From Candidatus Uhrbacteria bacterium (lineage in GTDB: Bacteria; Patescibacteriota; Patescibacteriia; UBA9934; GWF2-40-263), in contig JACPHU010000006.1 in the NCBI GenBank assembly GCA_016188495.1, positions 1,857-65,856 of the forward strand: a stretch of DNA of 64,000 nt. Reading direction: 5' to 3'. The translations under genes were made by a program, and so were the position numbers. Numbering within the stretch: position 1 is the stretch's first letter; the number at the start of each line of letters is the position of its first letter. Below are positions 30,762 through 37,770 of this stretch, one piece after another. Under the pieces are notes generated by a model. It was not told the DNA's origin. It did not search any database and saw only the letters and a list, made by a program, of their open reading frames with translations.

Positions 30762-31883
30762 ATGTTTGCAACGAAACTTCAGCGTTTGGGATACCGTCAT
30801 CTTTGTAAACCGTTCTTTTTTCATCGGGATCCTGAATGGACTCACGATACGGTTTGTACAGTGGGAGAATATCTTGGTCGTTATAAAACCACTCGTGCAT
30901 TTGCTCGTAAGATGTGCGCCTACGAACATTCTTGTTTACAGCAAACTCTTTTGGGAATTTTTTTCCCTAACCCGATAGGTCTCACAGAAGGATTTGATAA
31001 AAATGCACGTCTCACTCGTATTCTTCCAGATGTTGGTTTTGGCTATGAAATGATTGGGTCTGTAACAGCAGAACCTTGTGAGGGAAATGCAAAACCTCGC
31101 TTATGGCGTTTGCCCAAGTCTCGGGCGCTTGTCGTCTATTATGGTTTAAAGAACGATGGAGCCGACGAGATCCATCATCGTTTAGAAAAAGAGCGGTTTC
31201 ATATTCCTGTGGGGGTGAGTATTGCCAAAACAAACGGTCCTCAGACGGTTGAGATGTCCGCTGGTATTCAAGATTATAAAAAGGGATTTACGACCATGTT
31301 GGATATCGGTCATTTTTTTGTGATCAATATTAGCTGTCCAAATGCCTTTGGTGGAGAACCTTTCAGTGATCCTGTGCGCCTGGACGCACTTCTTACTGAG
31401 CTGGATACGGTAGAGACAAAGAAACCTCTTTTGTTAAAGATCGCCGCTGATCTTTCTTTTGAAGAGCTTGATAGGTTAATTGCTGTCATGGATAATCATC
31501 GGGTACATGGAATGATTTTGGCTAATTTGACAAAAAAATACGACCGTCCTGAAATTGTGCAAACAGAATTACAATCTTTTATGAAAGGAGGTATCAGTGG
31601 TCGTCCTACATCTGAGCTTTCCAATAGCCTCATTGCTCATGCTTATTTGGAGGTAGGCGATCGTTATCTGATTATTGGAGCAGGAGGAATTTTTACCGCA
31701 GAAGATGCTTACGAGAAGATCTGCCAGGGTGCCTCGTTGGTGCAGTTAGCTACAGGAATGATTTTTGAAGGTCCTCAATTGATTGGGGAGTTAAACAAAG
31801 GGTTGGCAGAGCTGATGCAACGCGATGGATTTAAACATATTCAAGAGGCTGTTGGGAGCGCTCATAAAAAACAGTATGCCTAA
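30762..31883 (+). CDS. pyrD: Dihydroorotate dehydrogenase, class 2 (quinone-dependent)
   Basis: DPEWTH, NPIGLTEGFDKN, GNAKPRLWRL, INISCPN, GGISGRP. Confidence 0.9.
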   Translation: MFATKLQRLGYRHLCKPFFFHRDPEWTHDTVCTVGEYLGRYKTTRAFARKMCAYEHSCLQQTLLGIFFPNPIGLTEGFDKNARLTRILPDVGFGYEMIGSVTAEPCEGNAKPRLWRLPKSRALVVYYGLKNDGADEIHHRLEKERFHIPVGVSIAKTNGPQTVEMSAGIQDYKKGFTTMLDIGHFFVINISCPNAFGGEPFSDPVRLDALLTELDTVETKKPLLLKIAADLSFEELDRLIAVMDNHRVHGMILANLTKKYDRPEIVQTELQSFMKGGISGRPTSELSNSLIAHAYLEVGDRYLIIGAGGIFTAEDAYEKICQGASLVQLATGMIFEGPQLIGELNKGLAELMQRDGFKHIQEAVGSAHKKQYA

Positions 31884-32532
31884 ACAGAAGAAAAAACAGT
31901 TCGATCTCATCACTATTTTCCCAGGCGTTGTGGAACCTTATGTCCATGCCTCCATTCTTGGGCGAGCTCAAAAAACAGGGTTGATTGAGGTACACGCTCA
32001 TGATTTGCGAGACTGGACGACAGATAAACATCATACCGTTGACGACACTCCTTACGGAGGTGGGGCCGGAATGGTGATGAAAGTCGAGCCTTTTGAAAAA
32101 GCTCTCAAAAAGATTAAACGCCGATTAAAAAAAACGCGAGTCATTATCACATCTGCTTCAGGAAAGACATTTACCCAAGCAGATGCACAACGGCTTTCTC
32201 AATACGATCAAGTTATTTTTCTGTGCGGACGTTATGAGGGGATTGATCATCGGGTAGAGGAACATCTTGCAGACGAATCTTTTTCTATTGGAAATTATGT
32301 TCTTACCGGAGGAGAGCTTCCAGCCTTGGTAATGACCGATGCGATTGCGCGTCTTATTCCGGGGGTCATAGAAGCTCAGTCATTGGAAACAGAATCCCAT
32401 AGTGAAGAAGGATATCTGGAATATCCTCAGTATACGAAACCTGAGGAGTACAAAGGATGGAAGGTTCCGGAGGTATTGCTTTCAGGTAATCATAAAAAAA
32501 TAGAAGAATGGCGAAAGCAGCAGGGCAAATAA
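31876..32532 (+). CDS. trmD: tRNA (guanine-N1)-methyltransferase
   Basis: VDDTPYGGGAGMVM, CGRYEGID, SIGNYVLTGGE, VPEVLLSGNH. Confidence 0.98.
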   Translation: MPKQKKKQFDLITIFPGVVEPYVHASILGRAQKTGLIEVHAHDLRDWTTDKHHTVDDTPYGGGAGMVMKVEPFEKALKKIKRRLKKTRVIITSASGKTFTQADAQRLSQYDQVIFLCGRYEGIDHRVEEHLADESFSIGNYVLTGGELPALVMTDAIARLIPGVIEAQSLETESHSEEGYLEYPQYTKPEEYKGWKVPEVLLSGNHKKIEEWRKQQGK

Positions 32533-32533
32533 A

Positions 32534-32561
32534 AAAACGTTGTCACATGTGACAACGTTTT
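32534..32561. terminator. Perfect palindrome between convergent genes
   Basis: AAAACGTTGTCACATGTGACAACGTTTT. Confidence 0.65.
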
Positions 32562-32581
32562 CGTTTTCGTCGGATACGAAA

Positions 32582-33112
32582 TTATCGAATGGGAATTCCG
32601 AAACTGATCGTTGGCTGCAGAACCACCCCTGCTTCAGGATGGCCAAAGATTCCAGAAGCTTGGATAGTTCCGCTCAATGTCATCCCATTGAAAAAAGCGA
32701 ACGTGGTACCTGGACCCACGGACCAGGAGACTGTCGTTGTTCCGTCGGACGCAGTGTCTTGACTGATGGACGGTACCAGATCAATCGCAAAAGGCCCCTT
32801 GGGCAGAAGCAATTCGAGCGTTCCTGTTGCGACAAAACCCCAGTTGCCAGCTCCGGGCGCTACTTCAAAGGTCACGCTCGGAATAAATGCCATATTCTCC
32901 CTGAGAGAAATATAGGCACTGGGTCCGGCATACACGTACTGTCCGATCCAGGAACCCTGTGCGATGAGACCTGTGAATCCTCCGTTCATCGAGAAGGTAA
33001 TCTGTGAATCCGTATCACTGGTCTCATGGGCAGAGACTGGGGTTGAAATCGTACTCAGACCGATCATCACAGCGAGCAAAAGAAATTTCATTCGCGTCGT
33101 CACTTCCATCAT
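32582..33112 (-). CDS. Secreted all-beta protein, beta-barrel-like (start 33112 or 33091)
   Basis: RBS AAAGGAG; signal peptide ending VSA; alternating hydrophobic strands; ends ISFGIPIR. Confidence 0.65.
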   Translation of the reverse strand: MMEVTTRMKFLLLAVMIGLSTISTPVSAHETSDTDSQITFSMNGGFTGLIAQGSWIGQYVYAGPSAYISLRENMAFIPSVTFEVAPGAGNWGFVATGTLELLLPKGPFAIDLVPSISQDTASDGTTTVSWSVGPGTTFAFFNGMTLSGTIQASGIFGHPEAGVVLQPTISFGIPIR

Positions 33113-33170
33113 TTCTTCATCACTCCTTTGTTGTTCATCTCCCTCTCCTTTATGATCAGGAGGTTCAGAT

Positions 33171-34214
33171 TTAAGCAACTTGATCTTTGTTCGTCAATAC
33201 AATCAACTGTCCGCAGGCGGCTGCGATGTCGTCTCCCATTGTGCGACGAGTCGTTACAATACATCCAGAACTGTGAAGAATACTCATGAAATATTCAATG
33301 GCAGATGGGGTGCTGCATTCAAATTCCATGCCTGTAAGGTTATAAGGAATAAGATTTATGCGGATGCGGCCGATTCTTCGCACAAATGTGGCGAGAGCTT
33401 TTGCATGCTCAGGGGTATCATTTACTCCTTTGAGCATAACGTATTCAAACGTAAGATGGTGTCTGCGATTTCCAAACACGGACAGATAATTTTTTGCCCA
33501 CACTTCCAGTTTTGGAAGAAACTCATCGTAAGAGGTTGGGACAATTTTTTTACGCGTTTCTGCTATGGCACTATGAAGTGAGACGGCAAGGCGTACATGT
33601 GGCCATTCTTTATCTGTGAGAATTTGTTCCAGTCGTGGAAGAACCCCTACGGTTGAAACCGTAATGCGGGTGCGGCCAATATCGGTGTAGGTTAGGATGG
33701 TATTAAGCGTCTTTTTTACTTCTTCGTAGTTAGCCAAAGGTTCACCCATCCCCATGAAAACGATATTGGAAATACGGCTTCCTAACGTTGGATTGTGTTG
33801 TAAATACTGTTGCCAAAATCGGTACTGATCGATGATTTCATCTGCTAAGAGGCTTCGGGTGAGTCCCATTTTTCCTGTAGCACAAAATCCACAGCGCATG
33901 GCGCATCCTACTTGAGAGGAAACACAGATTGTCCATGCATCACGGTTATTTTTCATGAGAACCGTTTCAATCTGTTTCCCGCCCTCAACATTCAAAAGAG
34001 CTTTGTGTGTATCGCCATTTTTACTCGTTTGAACCGTTTGAGGCACAACGGACATCCAAGGAATTTGGGTGAGACCCTCACGCATTATTTTTGAGAGGGA
34101 GGTTACTTCGCTCCAAGATTCGGCAGACGAAAAAAGACCTTGTTCGATTTGTTTCCATCGAAAGGCTGGTTCATGTGGAAAAAGCGCTTCAAATTGTTCT
34201 CGTCGAGATGTCAT
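33171..34214 (-). CDS. rlmN: Radical SAM RNA methyltransferase RlmN
   Basis: CVSSQVGCAMRCGFCATG, FMGMGEPL, DIAAACGQL. Confidence 0.96.
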   Translation of the reverse strand: MTSRREQFEALFPHEPAFRWKQIEQGLFSSAESWSEVTSLSKIMREGLTQIPWMSVVPQTVQTSKNGDTHKALLNVEGGKQIETVLMKNNRDAWTICVSSQVGCAMRCGFCATGKMGLTRSLLADEIIDQYRFWQQYLQHNPTLGSRISNIVFMGMGEPLANYEEVKKTLNTILTYTDIGRTRITVSTVGVLPRLEQILTDKEWPHVRLAVSLHSAIAETRKKIVPTSYDEFLPKLEVWAKNYLSVFGNRRHHLTFEYVMLKGVNDTPEHAKALATFVRRIGRIRINLIPYNLTGMEFECSTPSAIEYFMSILHSSGCIVTTRRTMGDDIAAACGQLIVLTNKDQVA

Positions 34215-34262
34215 AATATTCGTATTCTATCAAAAATGAGCCAATTGGCTCATTTTATTTTT

Positions 34263-34658
34263 TTACTCGGTTTTTTCTTCAGGAGTGGCTTTTGTTGCTT
34301 CTTCCGCTGCTTTGGCTTTGGCAGCGGCTTCTTCGGCTTTTGCCGTTGCTTCCTTTGCTTTTGTTTCTAGTTTACCTTGGCGTTTCTTTGAAAGATGAGT
34401 CGCACCGCGCTTTTTGCCTTCAACGATTTTTTCGTCGATAAGAAGGTTCCAGACGGTATTTGTGACTTCAGCCCCTTGTTCAATCCAATGTTTCAAGCGA
34501 TCTTTTTTGATAACAAGTTCGCGTGGATTTTGTCGTGGATTGTAATGCCCTAAGATTTCAGTGGTTTTAGCCCAAGGATCGCGGTGTTTTGGCATCACCA
34601 CAATACGATAGACCGGGGCGCGTTTTGTTCCGATACGGGAAAGTCGAATAGATTGCAT
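34263..34658 (-). CDS. rpsP: 30S ribosomal protein S16 with C-terminal K/E/A-rich extension
   Basis: IRLSRIGTKRAPVYRIVV, EILGHYNP, WIEQGA. Confidence 0.95.
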   Translation of the reverse strand: MQSIRLSRIGTKRAPVYRIVVMPKHRDPWAKTTEILGHYNPRQNPRELVIKKDRLKHWIEQGAEVTNTVWNLLIDEKIVEGKKRGATHLSKKRQGKLETKAKEATAKAEEAAAKAKAAEEATKATPEEKTE

Positions 34659-34796
34659 AATTTGATGAGTTTTGAAGGGATCTATTGTCTAAACATGAGC
34701 GTGTTTGACGGATGAACCGAAGAATAGAGGAATAAAGGGTATTGGTCAAGGTTTAGTCCTTATAATCTTCTATAGCTTGCCTCGTATCTATTACTG

Positions 34797-34912
34797 CCTG
34801 AGTCTGCTTGCCGTGAGCCTGTCGAACGGTCGAAGGCCGTATATACACCCTTCGACTCCGGTTCGTCGCAACGTTCCTCCGCTCAGGGAATATACAGTTG
34901 ATACCTCGTCAG
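34797..34912. repeat. REP-like palindrome cluster (family D)
   Basis: GCCGTGAGCCTGTCGAACGG nested in GCCTGAGTCT..GTCGAAGGC, then CCCTTCGACTCCG...CCGCTCAGGG; 34848-34912 closely matches 48758-48822. Confidence 0.75.
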
Positions 34913-35024
34913 CTCGCGTGTAAGTTTATTATTTTTTTGTCAAAATATATTATTAAAATTATCTTTTGTTCTATATTTTTACAATAAATTAAACTTAATT
35001 TAGCTAATTAGTTGTTTGTTACTC

Positions 35025-35053
35025 TTGACAAAGTTGTCAAAATCTGGTAAACT
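35025..35053 (+). promoter_or_regulatory. Strong sigma70 promoter with AT-rich upstream tract
   Basis: TTGACA-17bp-TAAACT with extended TG; AT-rich 34925-35020. Confidence 0.75.
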
Positions 35054-35094
35054 CGTTTTTGTAAATGATCAATTAAGGCATGCCCTTTATAGTC

Positions 35095-35330
35095 ATGTCA
35101 TCTCAGAAATCCGGAGGAATACTCTGTCCGTCGTGGTAGTCCCTGAGGGGAGCCTACCAAGGAGGAGAGAGACAACCTTTCCATCGAACTTCGCAAGGGG
35201 GACGAAGGGAGGGGAGATCAAGTGGTGTAACTGGGCCTTGGCTCACTTACTCCACACACCCGATCTCCACGATCTACATTCGGGCTTGCCCAAATCACTG
35301 GATCACACTTCTCCGGATTTCTGGGATGAA
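35095..35330 (+). ncRNA. Candidate structured RNA domain (multibranched, ~235 nt)
   Basis: Closing helix CAGAAATCCGGAG (35104-35116) / CTCCGGATTTCTG (35311-35323), extendable with G-U pairs; internal TGGTAG/CTACCA and GGAGATC/GATCTCC. Confidence 0.55.
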
Positions 35331-35359
35331 TAGAGAAACCAAAAAAGAAGGAACATAAA

Positions 35360-35581
35360 ATGAGAGTTGCTGCCGGTTTTGCTTTTATTGTGTGTATGGG
35401 CGTCATTTTTGTTGTCCTTACTTCACAAATTCGCCACGCCCAGGAGAGGGCGGCGGAATGGATATGTGATATGAAAACCTCCGACCTTTCCACTGTCGAT
35501 GTGCAGGTGAAAGGGAGGAGGTGGCAGGTTACCGCCATGAGAAGTGAAAACGGGGAATGTGTCCTTGAGGCGCGTCCCTAA
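35360..35581 (+). CDS. Small membrane-anchored hypothetical protein
   Basis: RBS GAAGGA, N-terminal hydrophobic helix, Cys pair. Confidence 0.55.
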   Translation: MRVAAGFAFIVCMGVIFVVLTSQIRHAQERAAEWICDMKTSDLSTVDVQVKGRRWQVTAMRSENGECVLEARP

Positions 35582-35608
35582 AAAAAGACGAAGGAGGCAA
35601 GAACATGA

Positions 35609-36550
35609 AGCCTTTTTACTAAGGCTCGGTCTACTCTACGCCTTCCCTGTCGGCTTGACAGGGCGGTCTGGTCACCCAGATTGACGTATAGTTTTCCAAA
35701 CCCGAGGTGGCGCGGGGGACATGGAGGGTTCATGTATCCATAATAGGAAGTCTCTGGGGGACGTAAGTCCAAGTCATCGACCAGAGATGGATTCATACAT
35801 TGATGACCCGGCGTATCATGCGTGGGTTCCAAAGCGGAGCGTGGGGAAAGCGGACTATAGGGACTGACAGAGGTTCTACCCTATGGAAAGCAAGTACGTA
35901 GCAATTCCCGTTTCAAGGAACTCTCTCGAGCAGCACACGAAAGTCTTGTTTGCTCGAGACGTCGGCGGGTGTGAAAAACACGCCTGAAGGGTCGCGCCAA
36001 AGCATGGGAGCTCTAACAGGGACCTGAGAGCTCAGAGGCCTGGCAAGCCATCAGTATCCCAACAGGCTTTCTCTTATTTGAGCCTGCTCCGCTTTGATGG
36101 GTGGAGAAATCGAATCAGAAAAAACAGGTCTTAAGAGTTGGACCTCCTACCTTGGGTAGGTTAATCCGAATTCTACTACGGGTCGTGGGGTGGAAAAGCC
36201 ACCATGGGAACGACCATTTTAACCCACGTTTAAGAAAACGGGGCGGGTAGATATCAGACGTACTGATATCCTCTGTCCATTGAGATAAAATGGACAGCTT
36301 ATCACAAAAAGATGAGCAACAGGTCAGATGACTCCTGAATGGAAAAGTCATCATCATGAATACGGAGATTCATGAAAGACTATAAATCGTGGTTTGGGTA
36401 ACTCCAGGCCATACTCGCACGAGGCCCCTGGCCCGACCTTCAACGAAGGCATCCGGGGGCCCGTTGTACTTACCCCGGTTCGCCAATACGTTGTCGGCCC
36501 GGGGTCCTCAATTGAACGCTTAACTCAGACTTGAGAATTCGATTGAGGAA
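35609..36550 (+). ncRNA. Candidate large structured RNA (~940 nt)
   Basis: No + strand ORF of 60 aa or more lies within it; more than 20 consecutive hairpins plus long-range helices (see findings). Confidence 0.6.
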
Positions 36551-36566
36551 AACAACAGGAGGTCTT

Positions 36567-36833
36567 ATGTCTTATCCGACGGACTGGGGATTCATTGACG
36601 AGCTCGTCGATGAAAGGGACCTTTTGCGTCCCGAAGATTATGGATTGGATGAAGACGAGGATTCCACTGATGTTCAGTGGGGTCTCGGAGATTTCTCTGA
36701 TGTTGAATGGGATCGACATCAGGAAGAGACTCAGACGCGCCTGAAACAAAGGCGCGAATGGGAGGCGGGTTTGAAAAAACTCGCTCGAGACGAAGCCCGT
36801 GCTGAGGCTCGTCAGGCACGGGAAAATCGCTGA
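36567..36833 (+). CDS. Small hypothetical protein, acidic N-half and basic helical C-half
   Basis: Strong RBS AGGAGG 4 nt before ATG; 88 aa. Confidence 0.65.
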   Translation: MSYPTDWGFIDELVDERDLLRPEDYGLDEDEDSTDVQWGLGDFSDVEWDRHQEETQTRLKQRREWEAGLKKLARDEARAEARQARENR

Positions 36834-36878
36834 CCACCACGACCTCAAACGCGAGACGAGACTAAGGATCTCGTCTTC

Positions 36879-36916
36879 AAACAAAAACACACCTGGATTC
36901 AGGTGTGTTTTTGTTT
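36879..36916. repeat. Palindromic direct repeat / terminator, left of hicBA
   Basis: AAACAAAAACACACCTGGATTCAGGTGTGTTTTTGTTT; near-identical copy at 37412-37445. Confidence 0.85.
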
Positions 36917-36918
36917 TT

Positions 36919-37146
36919 TTAGAGTAGTTTTTTAAATTCTTCAGAAGTGATTCCGGCATCACGGATAAATCGGTACATCAATCCAACACCAATTTCTTTA
37001 TGTAATGGAATAGTGATTGGTCTACGGTTTGGATCGTCTTTGTGTTTAAGTCGTACATGACTTCCTTTTTGTCTTACGACTGTATAACCAATTTTTGTAA
37101 ATGCACGCACAACCTGTTTCCCTGAAATTCCTGCTAGATCAGTCAT
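36919..37146 (-). CDS. hicA: HicA-family mRNA interferase toxin
   Basis: GYTVVRQKGSHVRL, ITIPLHKEI. Confidence 0.9.
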   Translation of the reverse strand: MTDLAGISGKQVVRAFTKIGYTVVRQKGSHVRLKHKDDPNRRPITIPLHKEIGVGLMYRFIRDAGITSEEFKKLL

Positions 37147-37148
37147 AT

Positions 37149-37379
37149 CTATGCGCGGATAAAATGGAGACTAATGTTGTGTTTGGATTTTTGGTGTGCG
37201 CGTTTTGGGGTATCTTCTAAACAAAGTTGAATGGCTTCTTGAATATTTTCAAGGGCTTTATCCATCGTTTTTCCTTGGCTGTAACATCCTTCAAAAACAG
37301 GACATTCCACCCAATATCCAACAGAATCATCCTTATGAACTATAACAGGATAGTCGTTTACAATATGTTTGCTTAGCAT
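37149..37379 (-). CDS. hicB: HicB-family antitoxin (short form)
   Basis: YWVECPVFEGCYSQGKT..ALENIQEAI. Confidence 0.9.
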   Translation of the reverse strand: MLSKHIVNDYPVIVHKDDSVGYWVECPVFEGCYSQGKTMDKALENIQEAIQLCLEDTPKRAHQKSKHNISLHFIRA

Positions 37380-37411
37380 ATGCCTTAAAGATAACACACA
37401 ACGTTTATCAA

Positions 37412-37445
37412 AAACAAAAACACACCTGAATTCAGGTGTGTTTTT
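37412..37445. repeat. Palindromic direct repeat / terminator, right of hicBA
   Basis: AAACAAAAACACACCTGAATTCAGGTGTGTTTTT. Confidence 0.85.
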
Positions 37446-37446
37446 T

Positions 37447-37698
37447 TTAAAATTCCAGTGGAATGTTTGCGTGTCTGGCGAGTTGTTTTACAAACCCTTC
37501 GAGTCTATCGTACTTGGCTCGCAAGGCAACCAATTCTGTATCCAGTTTTTGATGCAATACAACAAAACCATCTACATGTGTCATGATTTCCGTTTTTGTT
37601 TCTAAAAGAGTTTGTTGAAATTCATCTCTGGTGACCATTCTCTCTTTGAGAAACTCAACAATGTTTAAGATGTCATTCATGGTTTGTTCTTGGTTCAT
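37447..37698 (-). CDS. Small coiled-coil hypothetical protein (start uncertain)
   Basis: Heptad-rich ORF between smc and hicB. Confidence 0.6.
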   Translation of the reverse strand: MNQEQTMNDILNIVEFLKERMVTRDEFQQTLLETKTEIMTHVDGFVVLHQKLDTELVALRAKYDRLEGFVKQLARHANIPLEF

Positions 37699-37770
37699 AC
37701 ATTCAAAGCTTAGCATGTTTCCAGTTATATTCAAAAACCAATTTTTCTACTACTTTATGACTCTATTTTT

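Noticed and set aside
35578-36357. Minus-strand ORFs of 84 and 80 aa in the structured region
   Set aside because: No motif or convincing RBS; opposite to the promoter
35609-36550. RNase P RNA, tmRNA or group I/II intron
   Set aside because: No GAGGAAAGUCC, no tRNA-like ends, no domain V or interrupted host gene; only superficial resemblances
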